This document shows, in pieces, positions 37,263 to 47,984 of a DNA stretch of 64,000 nucleotides. Positions within the stretch are counted from its first letter, which is position 1; each line of letters opens with the position of its first letter. The stretch covers positions 744,001 to 808,000 of the forward strand of contig JBMNHG010000008.1 of NCBI GenBank assembly GCA_050950285.1. Direction: 5' to 3'. This DNA is from Kiritimatiellia bacterium. Its GTDB lineage: Bacteria; Verrucomicrobiota; Kiritimatiellia; RFP12; JBMNHG01. The notes beneath the pieces are model-generated. The model was given only the letters and a program-made list of their open reading frames with translations, had not been told where the DNA came from and made no database searches. The translations under genes were made by a program, and so were the position numbers.

Positions 37263-37451
37263 AGGGTCAAAAACAGGCGAAAGTATATCGTGCCGAAGCC
37301 TCCGCCGCAAGCAGGAAAACAGCCCCTGCGCGGACGGCTCGCAATGCATGACGCCGAAATTGCGAAGGCCCGCGGGACGCGACCCTTTCGGCTTTCGCTT
37401 TCGGGTCTGATAGCCGATAATGACCGCCAACGTCCAAACAGGGAGAACACC

Positions 37452-38042
37452 ATGCAGAACGTCTTAACCATCCTGGTCGTCGTCGTCGTCGTGCTGGCCG
37501 TCTTCGCGATCGGCATCTACAACTCGCTGGTCACGCTGCGCCAGCGCTACAAGAACGCCTTCTCGCAGATCGATGTGCAGCTCAAGCGGCGCTACGACCT
37601 GATCCCCAACCTCGTCGAGACCGCCAAGGGCTACATGAAGCACGAGCGCGAGACCCTCGAGGCCGTGATCCAGGCGCGCAACCTGGCCATGAACGCCTCG
37701 CAGCAGGCCGGAGCCGCCGTGGGCCAGCCCGACGCCATGCGCTCGCTCAACCAGGCCGAAGGCCAGCTCAGCGGCGCCCTGGCGCGCCTGATGGTGGTCG
37801 TCGAGCGCTACCCCGAACTCAAGGCCGACAAGAACATGGCCCTGCTCCAGGAGGAGATCACGGCCACGGAGAACAAGGTCGCCTTCGCGCGCCAGGCCTA
37901 CAACGATGCCGTCACGGCCTACAACACCAAGCGCGAGCTCTTCCCCGCCAACCTCTTCGCCGGGCTCTTCGGCTTCCTGCCGGCCTCGCTCTTCGAGATC
38001 ACCCGGGACTCGGAGCGTGACGCGCCGAAGGTCCAGTTCTAG
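37452..38042 (+). CDS. lemA: LemA family protein
   Basis: YNSLV, QIDVQLKRRYDLIPNLVET, YPELKA and ARQAYND...FPAN. Confidence 0.95.
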   Translation: MQNVLTILVVVVVVLAVFAIGIYNSLVTLRQRYKNAFSQIDVQLKRRYDLIPNLVETAKGYMKHERETLEAVIQARNLAMNASQQAGAAVGQPDAMRSLNQAEGQLSGALARLMVVVERYPELKADKNMALLQEEITATENKVAFARQAYNDAVTAYNTKRELFPANLFAGLFGFLPASLFEITRDSERDAPKVQF

Positions 38043-38056
38043 TTCCGGTCGTCCGC

Positions 38057-39988
38057 ATGGATTTCTTCGAGCATCAGGAACGGGCACGCCGTCTCTCGCG
38101 GCGCATGGTGTGGCTGGTCGCCCTCGCGGTGCTCGGCGTGCTGTTCGTGTTGCACCTGCTCGGCGGCACGGCCTGGCTGATGCTGGCCGAAGAGCCGCCG
38201 GCGCAGTTGTCCCAAGTCCTGCTTGAGCCGAGGCTGCTGCTCGCCACCCTGGTCTTCGGCGGCGGCATCATCCTGGTGGGCACCCTGGTCAAGCTCCACT
38301 CCCTGCGGGGCGGCGGAGCGGCGGTGGCGCGCGCCATGGGCGGCACGGAAATACGCCCGGATACCGGCAGCTTCGCGGAGCGGCGGCTCCACAACGTGGT
38401 CGAGGAGATGGCCCTCGCCGCCGGCATCCGCGTGCCGCAGGTCTTCGTGCTCCGCCAGGAGAAGGGGCTCAACGCCTTTGCCGCCGGCTACTCGCCGGAC
38501 GATGCGGCCGTCGCCGTGACCCAGGGCCTGCTCGACACGCTCAACCGCGCCGAGCTCCAGGCCGTGATCGGCCACGAGTTCAGCCACATCCTGAACGGCG
38601 ACATGCGGCTCAACATCCGCCTGATCGGCGTCCTGGGCGGCATCCTCTGCATCTCCGTGGCGGGGCGCCTCATCATGGAAACGGCCGTCCGCTCGCTGCG
38701 CTACTCCTCGGGCAGGCGCAGCCGCGACAAGAAGGACGACGGTGCGGCCGCCGTCCTCTTCTTCGTGCTGCTGGGCCTGGCGGTCTGGATCATCGGCTCG
38801 GTGGGCGTCTTCTTCGGACGCCTGCTGCAGAGCGCCATCTCGCGCCAGCGCGAATACCTCGCCGACGCCTCCGCCATCCAGTTCACGCGCGATCCCACGG
38901 CGCTGGCCAACGCGCTCAAGATCATCGGCGCCGTTCCGCAGGGCGCGCGCGTGCGGGCCGGCCGTGCCACCGAGGTCTCGCACATGCTCTTCGCCAGCGG
39001 CATGGCCAGCCTCTTCGCCACCCATCCGCCGCTCGTCAGACGCATCCGGCGCATCGAGCCCGCATTCGACGGCAACTTCAGCGCCGTCGGCAACCTGCTG
39101 GCCGCCCGGAAGCAGACGAAGGCGGACGAGACGGATCGCGACGAGGATTCCCTGGCGTTTGGCGGGGTACTCCACCAGGCCTTGCGCGCAACCGAGGCCA
39201 CCGCAGGCGACCTTCCATCCGCATGGCTCGCGCCGGAGGAGCGCGCCGCCCTGCGCGACCCCGCCGAAGCCATCGGCTGCATCTACGGCGCACTGCTGGC
39301 GCCGGAGGGCGAACCCCAACTGCGCGAGCGCCAGACGGCCTCGATCGCGGCGGCGCACGGCGCCCATGGACAGTCCATCGTGCAGGCCGCCACCGGCTGG
39401 CAACGGCGGCACCGGGACCGGACGGCGCGCCAGCGCCGCATGGCCTGCGAACTGGCCGCCGAGCAGTTGCGCCACCATCCCGCAGAGGAGCGGGAGCAGA
39501 TCGTCGCCCAAATCACGACACTGAGCCACCTCGACGGCAGTGTCGACGACTTCGAGTTTGCGCTGGGCTATCTCATCCGCCGCCGTCTGAGCCCCGAGCC
39601 GGCCGAGGCACGGATGTCGAGCCTGCCTCCCGCCGCCCTGGCCGGCGAGATCTCGCTGGTGCTCTCGATGCTGGCGCACACCGGCCAGACCAACCCGCAG
39701 GACGCCGCCGCCGCATGGGAGGCCGGCACGAGGGGGCTGGCCGATCCTGCGGACGGCGCGTCGCTCTTTCCCGGAATCGCCTTCGACCCCGACGCCCTCG
39801 ACGACCTCGCGGCCATCGAGAACGCGCTCGAACGGCTCATCCGCCTGACGCCGATCTGCAAGCGCGAACTGCTGGACACCGGCATGCGGATCATCCGTCA
39901 CGACCACACCATCACCGATGCCGAGGAGAACATGATCGCGGCCATTGCCGACGCCATCCATGCCTACGGGTGGCAAATCGCCGCCTAG
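38057..39988 (+). CDS. M48 family (HtpX-like) membrane zinc metallopeptidase with C-terminal extension
   Basis: NAFAAG, VIGHEFSH, SRQREYLAD and THPP; adjacent to lemA. Confidence 0.9.
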   Translation: MDFFEHQERARRLSRRMVWLVALAVLGVLFVLHLLGGTAWLMLAEEPPAQLSQVLLEPRLLLATLVFGGGIILVGTLVKLHSLRGGGAAVARAMGGTEIRPDTGSFAERRLHNVVEEMALAAGIRVPQVFVLRQEKGLNAFAAGYSPDDAAVAVTQGLLDTLNRAELQAVIGHEFSHILNGDMRLNIRLIGVLGGILCISVAGRLIMETAVRSLRYSSGRRSRDKKDDGAAAVLFFVLLGLAVWIIGSVGVFFGRLLQSAISRQREYLADASAIQFTRDPTALANALKIIGAVPQGARVRAGRATEVSHMLFASGMASLFATHPPLVRRIRRIEPAFDGNFSAVGNLLAARKQTKADETDRDEDSLAFGGVLHQALRATEATAGDLPSAWLAPEERAALRDPAEAIGCIYGALLAPEGEPQLRERQTASIAAAHGAHGQSIVQAATGWQRRHRDRTARQRRMACELAAEQLRHHPAEEREQIVAQITTLSHLDGSVDDFEFALGYLIRRRLSPEPAEARMSSLPPAALAGEISLVLSMLAHTGQTNPQDAAAAWEAGTRGLADPADGASLFPGIAFDPDALDDLAAIENALERLIRLTPICKRELLDTGMRIIRHDHTITDAEENMIAAIADAIHAYGWQIAA

Positions 39989-40120
39989 GAGCTGCACCAT
40001 GGCAGGCAAAACCAAGAAGCCCGTGGCCCCCGCCGCCGCCGGACGCTCCCATGAAACGGGGCAACCATGCCGGTCTGGCGCAGGTGCTGGGGTTGCGACG
40101 TACGATGGGAGAATTCCGTA

Positions 40121-40450
40121 ATGACACCCGATGAAATCCGTTCCAAGGTCTCCGGCGTCCTTGCCGTCGCCGCCGATGGCGCACACGCCTCGTGCGTCTA
40201 CACGGGCGACCTGCTTTCGGATGTAATGGCGCACGCCGGGGAGGGATGCGCCCTCGTCACCGTCCAGAACCATCTCAACACCATCGCCGTCTGCACGCTC
40301 GTCGGCTGTTCCGTGATCGTCGTTTGCCATGATCGTCCCATCCCGCCCGACATGGCCGAAGCCGCCGCCCGCGAGGGGGTCGCCATTGTCACCACCCCCC
40401 TTTCGCAGTACGCCGCCTCCCTCGCCCTTTCCGGGCTGCCTCCGTGCTGA
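40121..40450 (+). CDS. DRTGG-domain-like protein
   Basis: YTGDLLSDVMA...LVTVQNHLNTIAV pattern. Confidence 0.75.
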   Translation: MTPDEIRSKVSGVLAVAADGAHASCVYTGDLLSDVMAHAGEGCALVTVQNHLNTIAVCTLVGCSVIVVCHDRPIPPDMAEAAAREGVAIVTTPLSQYAASLALSGLPPC

Positions 40451-40501
40451 GCTCCGTCCGAGGGACCGTCCCGCCCAATCCCGTTCCATCGTCGTTCGAC
40501 C

Positions 40502-41248
40502 GTGCGCTTCGACCTCCACATCCACTCCTGCCTCTCCCCGTGCGCATCCCTCGAGATGTCGCCTGCGGCGATTGTCCGCCGTGCGACGGAGGCGGGGATG
40601 GACGGCATCGCGCTCACGGACCACCAGAGCGCCCGCAACGCGCCGGCCATGGAGACCTGTGCGCGGAACGCCGGCCTGAAATGCCTCTTCGGGCTCGAGG
40701 TGTCCACTTCCGAGGGGGCGCACACGCTCGCCCTGTTCGACACGGTCGGGCAGGCGCTCGCGATGACCGACTGGGTCTACGCCGCCCTCCCGAAGCGCGT
40801 GAACGATCCCGAGACCTTCGGCGATCAGCCGGTCGTCACCTGGGACGACGAGATCATCGAGCTGGAATGGCGAATCCTCGCGATGCCCTGCCGGCATTCC
40901 ATCCCCGAAACCTCCGCAAAGGTCCACGAACTTGGCGGACTCTACCTCGCGGCGCACATCGACCGCTCCACCTTTTCCGTGATTTCCGCGCTTGGAGCGA
41001 TCCCCGAGCCCTTCGAGGGCGGCGGGCGCTACTTCGACGCGGTCGAACTGTCCCGCACGGCGGACGCCGGCGCCTGGCTGCCCCGGGCGGAGGGATACGC
41101 CGTCATACGCTCTTCCGACGCCCACAACCCCGACGATGTGGCGCGCGCCTGGACCGAGGCGGCGCTCCCCGAGTTCACCGTCGCGGCGCTCCGCGAGGCC
41201 TTCGCCACCCGCTCCACCACGCTTTCGCCCGCGATCTCCCACTTCTGA
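40502..41248 (+). CDS. PHP domain phosphoesterase
   Basis: DLHIHSCLSPC, ALTDH, AAHIDR and SSDAH. Confidence 0.88.
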   Translation: MRFDLHIHSCLSPCASLEMSPAAIVRRATEAGMDGIALTDHQSARNAPAMETCARNAGLKCLFGLEVSTSEGAHTLALFDTVGQALAMTDWVYAALPKRVNDPETFGDQPVVTWDDEIIELEWRILAMPCRHSIPETSAKVHELGGLYLAAHIDRSTFSVISALGAIPEPFEGGGRYFDAVELSRTADAGAWLPRAEGYAVIRSSDAHNPDDVARAWTEAALPEFTVAALREAFATRSTTLSPAISHF

Positions 41249-41264
41249 CCCCCTCCCCGCCACC

Positions 41265-41819
41265 ATGCATGCGACCTTGGCCGACGTGATTGCAGACACC
41301 GCCCAGAACTCCATCGAGGCGGGTGCCGGGAACATCGCCGTGACGCTCGTCGAAGAAGACGGCCGCGTGTCCGTATCGATCCACGACAACGGCAAAGGCA
41401 TGGACGACGCCACGGTAGCCCGCGCCTTCGACCCCTTCTACTCCGAGGCCGGCAAGCACGACAAGCGGCGCGTGGGCCTCGGCCTCCCGTTCCTCCGGCA
41501 GATCTGCGAGGCGACCGACGGCGGCGTCTCCCTCGAGAGCAAGAAAGGCGTCGGCACGCGGCTGGACTACTTCTTCTCCGCGGGGCACATCGACCTTCCC
41601 CCGATGGGCGACCTCGCCCGGATGGTGCTCATGCTCTTCAACTACCCCGGGGACTTCGACCTCGTCTTCACCCATCGGAAGGGGGACGGGGAGTACGCCG
41701 TCTCGAGAAGCGAACTTGCGGACGCCGTGGGCGGGCTCGACACCGTCGAAGGGCTCGCCCTCGCAAAGGAATTTCTCGCCTCCCAGGAAGAGGCCCTGTA
41801 CGATACCCCGCAACCCTAG
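41265..41819 (+). CDS. Stand-alone histidine-kinase-like ATPase (HATPase_c)
   Basis: QNSIEAGA (N box), DNGKGM (G1), DPFY, VGLGLP (G2) and HIDLPPMGD. Confidence 0.85.
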   Translation: MHATLADVIADTAQNSIEAGAGNIAVTLVEEDGRVSVSIHDNGKGMDDATVARAFDPFYSEAGKHDKRRVGLGLPFLRQICEATDGGVSLESKKGVGTRLDYFFSAGHIDLPPMGDLARMVLMLFNYPGDFDLVFTHRKGDGEYAVSRSELADAVGGLDTVEGLALAKEFLASQEEALYDTPQP

Positions 41820-41832
41820 CCCGCCCGTCATC

Positions 41833-42774
41833 ATGCCGAACCCTTCTCCATCTTCCCCGGGGGCCGTCGTAGAGGCCCGCAACCTCCGCAAGGTCTTTCG
41901 CGACTTCTGGCGTCGTCCGCGCGTCATGGCGGTGGACGGTCTGGACCTTGACGTACGCCCCGGCGAAATCTTTGGATTGCTGGGCCCGAACGGTTCCGGA
42001 AAGAGCACCACCATCAAGATGCTGCTCGGCCTGCTGCGCCCCACCGCCGGCCTGTTGCGCGTGCTTGGCGCTCCGCCGGGCGACGCCCGCGCCCGCGCCC
42101 GGCTCGGCTACCTCCCCGAATCCACCCTCCTCCATCCCTTCCTTACCCCGCGCGAGACGCTCGACTACTACGGCGCCCTCGCCGGCCTCGACCGCAGGGA
42201 ATGCCGCCGCCGCGCCGACGAACTCCTCGCCATGCTCGACCTGGAAGCCGCCGCAGACCGCCCCGTGGGCGAGTTCTCCAAGGGCATGGCGCGCCGCGTG
42301 GACCTCGCCCAGACGCTCATCAACCGCCCCGAACTCGTGATCCTGGACGAACCGACCTCCGGGCTCGACCCCATCGGATGCCGCGCCGTGAAGGATCTGC
42401 TGCTCCTCCTCGCCGGCACCGGCGTAACCATCCTCACCACCTCGCACCTGCTCGCCGATGTCGAGGACATCTGCGACCGCGTGGCCATCATCCATGCCGG
42501 AAAAGTCCGCGCCTGCGGCACGCTCTCCGACCTCCTCCGCCGAGCCGGATCCACCCGCTTCACCGTCGACGGCCTCCCGTCCGACCAGACCGAATCCGCC
42601 CGCACCGCCCTGGCCGCCGCCACGGGCCTCCCCGTGGCCGTCGACCATCCGTCCCTCGACCTCGAAACCTTCTTCCTCGAGACGGTGGCGGCCTCCTCCG
42701 ACGGCGGTGCCGGGAAAGCCGCCGCATTCGCGCCCGCCCCCTTCCTCATCGACCCGGAGCCGTCCGCGGAATGA
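41833..42774 (+). CDS. ABC transporter ATP-binding protein
   Basis: GPNGSGKST, FSKGM and ILDEPTSGLDP. Confidence 0.92.
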   Translation: MPNPSPSSPGAVVEARNLRKVFRDFWRRPRVMAVDGLDLDVRPGEIFGLLGPNGSGKSTTIKMLLGLLRPTAGLLRVLGAPPGDARARARLGYLPESTLLHPFLTPRETLDYYGALAGLDRRECRRRADELLAMLDLEAAADRPVGEFSKGMARRVDLAQTLINRPELVILDEPTSGLDPIGCRAVKDLLLLLAGTGVTILTTSHLLADVEDICDRVAIIHAGKVRACGTLSDLLRRAGSTRFTVDGLPSDQTESARTALAAATGLPVAVDHPSLDLETFFLETVAASSDGGAGKAAAFAPAPFLIDPEPSAE

Positions 42775-42823
42775 CGGTTCGTCCGCCCCTTCTTCGCCAA
42801 CCCCATCGACCCAGAAAGGCATT

Positions 42824-44155
42824 GTGGCCATCCCCGGTTCCCTCCGCCGCATCGGCGCCATCGCACGGCTCACCCTGCAAGCCGCCTTCCGCTCCCGCCT
42901 GGTGACGGCGCTGGCCGTGCTGCTGGCCGCCGCCACCTTCGGCCTTCCGCTGCTGGTGGGGGGGGACGGGACACCGGAAGGCGACCTGCGCGTGGCCGTT
43001 CGCTACGCCTTCGGCACCGGCATGGGGCTGCTGGTGCTCGCCACGCTCTGGGCCTCCTGCGGCGCGGTTTCGCTTGAAACCTCGTCGAAACGCCTCGCCC
43101 TCACCTGCGTGAAACCCGTGCGCAGCCTGGAACTGTGGTTCGGGAAGTGGCTCGGCATCCTCGCGCTCGATCTCCTCCTCCTCGCCGGCGCCGGCATCGC
43201 CACCCGCGCCGCCATCGCCTGGAAAATCGCCTCGCATCCCGCCGACGCCCCCGCGCCGCGCCTGATCACGCGCGCACGGCACGCCCCCTTGCTCCCTTCC
43301 TTGCGCGACGAGGCCGGGCAGCTGCTTGCCGAACATCCCCCGCCCCCCGACATCGACCCCGCCACCGCCCTCGAGGTCGTCATGGCGCAACTGCCGGAAC
43401 GCTACCAGGCCATCCCCGCCCGCGAAACCGTCCGCTGGTCCTTCGCCTTGGACCGTCCCCTCCCCGAAAACGAAACCCTCTGGCTGCGGATGCAGTTCGC
43501 CACCGACAGCCTCTCCCGGCAGGAGGTTTCCGCGGCGTGCCGCCTGCTGGGGGACAACGGCGGCGAAAGCCTCTTCCGCGTGGACGACTTCACCAGCAGC
43601 GACTTCACCCTGCCCGTCGACGCCGCCCCCTTGGCGGGCGCCTCCGCGGTGGTCCTCGAATTCACCTACGCGCCGGAAACGCCCGACGCCGGCGCGCTGC
43701 TCATCCAGCCCCGTCGCGGCCTGGCACTGCTCGAGCCGGTCGGACCTTTCGCCCCCAACCTCGTGCGCGCCCTTCTCGTGGAAGCCTCCATCCTCGCGGC
43801 GCTCGCCGCGCTGGGGGTGACCTTCGGGATGCTCTTCGCCTTCCCCGTGGCCGCCTTCTGCGCCACCGGCCTGCTTCTCTCGACGCTCGTGAGCGCCTAC
43901 GCGATGTCGGAGGTCATCGATCCGGAGGAACCTCCGAAAACCGCCATGGCGCGCCTCTCGCAAAGCACCGCCGTCGCCCTCACGTCCATCACGGAACCCC
44001 TGCTTGCGCCCAGTCCCATCGAGCATCTGGCGGAAGGCGAACGCGTCCCTGCCGCGGAAATCGGCGCCTCGATCGGCTGGAATCTGCTGGCGGCCCCCCT
44101 CGTGCTGGCGGCACTCGGCGCCGCCCTCTTCTCGCGGAAGGAATCGTTGTCCTGA
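42824..44155 (+). CDS. ABC-2 type permease-like membrane protein
   Basis: Multiple TM segments and KPVRSLELWFGKWLG; follows the ATPase gene. Confidence 0.75.
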   Translation: MAIPGSLRRIGAIARLTLQAAFRSRLVTALAVLLAAATFGLPLLVGGDGTPEGDLRVAVRYAFGTGMGLLVLATLWASCGAVSLETSSKRLALTCVKPVRSLELWFGKWLGILALDLLLLAGAGIATRAAIAWKIASHPADAPAPRLITRARHAPLLPSLRDEAGQLLAEHPPPPDIDPATALEVVMAQLPERYQAIPARETVRWSFALDRPLPENETLWLRMQFATDSLSRQEVSAACRLLGDNGGESLFRVDDFTSSDFTLPVDAAPLAGASAVVLEFTYAPETPDAGALLIQPRRGLALLEPVGPFAPNLVRALLVEASILAALAALGVTFGMLFAFPVAAFCATGLLLSTLVSAYAMSEVIDPEEPPKTAMARLSQSTAVALTSITEPLLAPSPIEHLAEGERVPAAEIGASIGWNLLAAPLVLAALGAALFSRKESLS

Positions 44156-44199
44156 TCCCGTCGCGCCGCGGCGACGGGGGCGCGCCCCCGCGCCGCCAA

Positions 44200-44766
44200 T
44201 CAGGAGCGGACGCGGTCGAGGTACTCGCCGCTGCGGGTGTCGACGCGGACCACGTCGCCCTCGTTCACGAAGAGGGGGACGGGAAGCTCGTAGCCGCCCT
44301 CGAGGGTGGCCGGCTTCATCACCTTGCCGGAGGCGGTGTTGCCCTTGACGCCCGGCTCGCACTTCACGACGGTGCGTTCGATGAAGTTCGGAAGTGTCAC
44401 TTCGATGGGCTGGCTGCGGAAGAAGAGCGCCTCGCACAGCATGTTGTCGGTGAGGAAGAAGCGGTTCTGGCCCAGGACGTCGGCGGGGATGACGACTTCG
44501 GAGAAATCCTCGTCGTCGGAGAAGACGTAGTTGTCGCCGTCCACGTAGGAGAAGTGGAGGGTCCGGGTGGTCAGCTCGGGCTTTTCGAAGGTGTCGCCCG
44601 ACCGATAGCTCCGGCTCTGGGTGGTGCCGCTCAGCATGTTCCGCATCTTGCAGTTGTAGATGGCCTGGCCTTTGCCGGGCTTGCTGAACTCGAAGTCGGT
44701 GATGATCCAAGGCTGGTCGTCGAGCTGGATCTTGAGTCCCTTGCGCAAATCGGAAGCGGTGTACAT
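44200..44766 (-). CDS. efp: Elongation factor P
   Basis: SDLRKG, KPGKG loop, PGVKGNT and VPLFVNEGD...VDTRSGEY. Confidence 0.97.
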   Translation of the reverse strand: MYTASDLRKGLKIQLDDQPWIITDFEFSKPGKGQAIYNCKMRNMLSGTTQSRSYRSGDTFEKPELTTRTLHFSYVDGDNYVFSDDEDFSEVVIPADVLGQNRFFLTDNMLCEALFFRSQPIEVTLPNFIERTVVKCEPGVKGNTASGKVMKPATLEGGYELPVPLFVNEGDVVRVDTRSGEYLDRVRS

Positions 44767-44949
44767 GGGGGAATATCCTTCGTTCGTTGGGATGAGGCGT
44801 TGAATGATAGCGGTGGCTCTTTGGGGCGTCAAGTCCGCCCTCGCGTTCCGGCGTCTCCGGCCCGCGAGGCGGCGGGCCCGGCACGGCCGCCCGAAAGCGG
44901 CGCGCCGTTTTTTTTTCGTCCCGCCGGATGGCGGGGTGGGAGGCCGCGA

Positions 44950-46956
44950 TTACTCCGCGAGGAGGGCGCGGGCGCGGGCCAGGACGTTTTCGACCGTGAA
45001 GCCGAAGTGCCGGGCGAGCTCTTTGCCGGGCGCCGAAGCGCCGAAGGTATCGAGCGAAACCATCTCGCCGGCGGCGCCGATGTAGCGCTCCCAGCCGAAC
45101 GAGCAGGCGGCTTCGATGCCGAGGCGTTTCGCGCAGCCGGGGTGGATCACCTTGTCGCGATAGGACTGCGACTGGGCTTCGAAGAGCTCCCAGGAGGGCA
45201 TGCTCACCACGCGCACGTTCGCTTCGGACGCGAGTTCCCTGGCGGCGGCCAGGGCGAGCTCCACTTCGGACCCGGAGGCGAGGATCTGCAGGTCGGGCTT
45301 GCCGGCGCCGCTCTGCCACAGCACATATGCGCCCTTCTCGAGCGAACGGGCGGCGGGGTAGACCGAGCGGTCGAGCACCTGCATGTTCTGGCGGGTGAGG
45401 AGGAGGGCGGTGGGGCCGTTTCCGTTGCGGAGGGCGGCGGCCCAGGCGGCGGCGGTCTCGGTGGGGTCGGCGGGGCGGATCACCGTGAGGTTCGGCATGC
45501 ACCGCAGGCTGGCGATGTGCTCGACGGGCTGGTGGGTGGGGCCGTCCTCGCCCACGTAGAAGCTGTCGTGCGTGAAGACGTAGATCACGGGAAGCTTCAT
45601 GAGCGCGGCGAGACGCATGGCCGGGCGGCAGTAGTCGGAGAAGACGAAGAAGGTTCCGCCGAAGACGCGGAAGCCGCCGTGGAGGGCGATGCCGTTCATG
45701 ATCGCGGCCATCGCGAACTCGCGCACGCCGAAGTGGAAGTTCCGGCCGGCGAAATCATCGGCAGACACGTAGGGAAGGCCGTCCATGCGCGTCATGTTGC
45801 TGGGCGCGAGGTCGGCCGAACCGCCGACGAGGTTGGGCAGGTCGCGGGCGAGGGCGTTGATGACGACGCCGGAGGCGCTGCGGGTCGCGACGGCCTTGGC
45901 GGGATCGAAGACGGGCAGAAGGCTCTCGAGGTCCGCAGGGAGCTTGCCGGACATGTGGAGCTCCCAGAGGTCGGCCTTGCCGGGGTTCGCCTTGGCCCAG
46001 GCCTTGAAGGCGCGCTTCCAGGCGTTGGCCTGGCGGCGGAGCTTCTTCGCGCGGGCGGCAAAGAGGTCGGAGACGGCCTGGGGCACGTGGAAGGACTCGT
46101 CGACGGGGAGGCCGAGGGCGGCTTTGGCGAGGCGGACTTCGTCGTCGCCCAGCGGCGCGCCGTGGACGCCGGCGGTGTCGGCCTTGTTGGGCGAGCCCTT
46201 GCCGATGATGGTGCGGCAGATCACGCAGACGGGCTTTCCGGCGAGCTTGAGGGCCTTGCGGATGGTCTTGTCGATGGCCGCGATGTCGTGGCCGTCGCAT
46301 TCGAGGACGTGCCAGTTGTAGGACTGGAAGCGCTTCTTCGTGTCGTCGGAGAGGGCAAGGGAGGTCCGGCCTTCGATGGTGATGTTGTTCGAGTCGTAGA
46401 AGACGACGAGCCGTTCGAGGCCGAGGTGCCCGGCGAGGGAGCAGGCTTCGTGGCTGACGCCCTCCATGAGGTCGCCGTCGCCGCAGAAGACGAAGGTGCG
46501 GTGGTCGGAGGCGGTGAAGGTGTCGTCGTTGAAGCGGGCGGCGACCATGCGTTCGGCGATGGCCATGCCGACGGCGGTGGCGAGGCCCTGCCCGAGCGGG
46601 CCGGTGGTGGTCTCGACGCCGGGGGTGTGGTGGACTTCGGGGTGGCCGGGGGTGAGGCTGCCGAACTGGCGGAAGTTCTCCAGCTCCTCGATCGGCAGGT
46701 CGTAGCCGGCGAGGTGGAGGAGGCTGTAGAGGAGCATGGAGCCATGGCCGCCGGAGAGGACGAAGCGGTCGCGATCGGCCCATGTGGGATCGTGGGGGTC
46801 GTGCCGGAGGTACTTCAGCCAGAGGACGGCGGCGACGTCCGCCATGCCCATGGGCAGGCCGGGGTGTCCGGAGTTGGCGGCCTGCACGCCGTCCATGGAG
46901 AGGCCGCGGATCACGTTCGCGGCGAGGGAGAGTTCTTCGCAAGTGGGTTTGCTCAT
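44950..46956 (-). CDS. tkt: Transketolase
   Basis: ANSGHPG, DRFVLSGGHGS, GDGDLMEG, FGVREFAM and GEDGPTHQP. Confidence 0.97.
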   Translation of the reverse strand: MSKPTCEELSLAANVIRGLSMDGVQAANSGHPGLPMGMADVAAVLWLKYLRHDPHDPTWADRDRFVLSGGHGSMLLYSLLHLAGYDLPIEELENFRQFGSLTPGHPEVHHTPGVETTTGPLGQGLATAVGMAIAERMVAARFNDDTFTASDHRTFVFCGDGDLMEGVSHEACSLAGHLGLERLVVFYDSNNITIEGRTSLALSDDTKKRFQSYNWHVLECDGHDIAAIDKTIRKALKLAGKPVCVICRTIIGKGSPNKADTAGVHGAPLGDDEVRLAKAALGLPVDESFHVPQAVSDLFAARAKKLRRQANAWKRAFKAWAKANPGKADLWELHMSGKLPADLESLLPVFDPAKAVATRSASGVVINALARDLPNLVGGSADLAPSNMTRMDGLPYVSADDFAGRNFHFGVREFAMAAIMNGIALHGGFRVFGGTFFVFSDYCRPAMRLAALMKLPVIYVFTHDSFYVGEDGPTHQPVEHIASLRCMPNLTVIRPADPTETAAAWAAALRNGNGPTALLLTRQNMQVLDRSVYPAARSLEKGAYVLWQSGAGKPDLQILASGSEVELALAAARELASEANVRVVSMPSWELFEAQSQSYRDKVIHPGCAKRLGIEAACSFGWERYIGAAGEMVSLDTFGASAPGKELARHFGFTVENVLARARALLAE

Positions 46957-47102
46957 GGGATTTCTTCTTTCAGGTTTTCCGGATGGGTGGGAAAGGGATG
47001 CCGCACGTGGCCGCGGTTGCGTTTCCACCGCCGTCGCAGCCCGTTCCCGTGCGTAGCGTTCCGAAGGGCGTCTTCATCGTTGGGCCGGAGTGCGGGGCGG
47101 GG

Positions 47103-47984
47103 TCAGTCCGGCACGTCGAGCGACGCGTCCGGGAGGCCGAGGCGGGTGTTGTCGATCAGGCGGACGTCGCCGGCGTAGGCGGCGAGGGCGAGGAGCGAAC
47201 CGGTCTTCAGCGTGGTTTCGGGCTCGAGGGTGTCCGGGTCGCTGGCCGTGACGTAGTCCACGCGGAGTCCGCATCCGGCGGAAAGGATGGCCTCGATTTC
47301 CGCGTAGAGGGCGGCGGGCGAGCGTTCGCCCGCATCGAAGAGGGCGCGGGCGCGGCGCAGGGAGCGCGGGAGGCCCAGGGCGCGGCGGCGGAAGTCGGGG
47401 GTGAGGTAGGTGTTGCGCGAGCTGAGGGCGAGGCCGTCGGCTTCCCGCACGATAGGCGCTTCCACGATCGTCACGGGGATGTTGAGGTCGCGCACCATGC
47501 GCCGCAGGACGGCCGCCTGCTGGGCGTCTTTCTGTCCGAAGACGGCGACGGTGGGCTGGAAGATGTTGAAGAGTTTGTCGACCACGGTGCAGACGCCTCG
47601 GAAGTGGCCGGGGCGGCGTGCGCCGCAGAGCACGGAGCCGAGACGCTCTTCGTCGATGTACACGCTGTGGTCGGGCGCGTACATGTCGGAGGGGCGGGGG
47701 GCGAACACCGCATCCACGCCGCGCGCCTCGCAGAGGGCCAGGTCGCGATCCAGGTCGCGCGGATAGCGGTCGAAATCCTCGTTCGGCCCGAACTGCACGG
47801 GGTTCACGAAGATGCTGACCGCCACGAGGTCGGCCAGGCCGCGCGCCTTGTCCACAAGCGAGAGGTGGCCGTCGTGCAGGAAGCCCATCGTGGGCACGAG
47901 GCCGAGGGTTCGGCCCCCGGCGCGGCGGGCGAGCGCCCAGGCCTGCATGTCGGACGGGGTGGTGAAGACAATCATGTTCGTCAT
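47103..47984 (-). CDS. panC: Pantoate--beta-alanine ligase
   Basis: VPTMGFLHDGH, SIFVNPVQF, RPGHFRGV, FGQKDAQQ, GLALSSRN and RLIDN. Confidence 0.96.
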   Translation of the reverse strand: MTNMIVFTTPSDMQAWALARRAGGRTLGLVPTMGFLHDGHLSLVDKARGLADLVAVSIFVNPVQFGPNEDFDRYPRDLDRDLALCEARGVDAVFAPRPSDMYAPDHSVYIDEERLGSVLCGARRPGHFRGVCTVVDKLFNIFQPTVAVFGQKDAQQAAVLRRMVRDLNIPVTIVEAPIVREADGLALSSRNTYLTPDFRRRALGLPRSLRRARALFDAGERSPAALYAEIEAILSAGCGLRVDYVTASDPDTLEPETTLKTGSLLALAAYAGDVRLIDNTRLGLPDASLDVPD

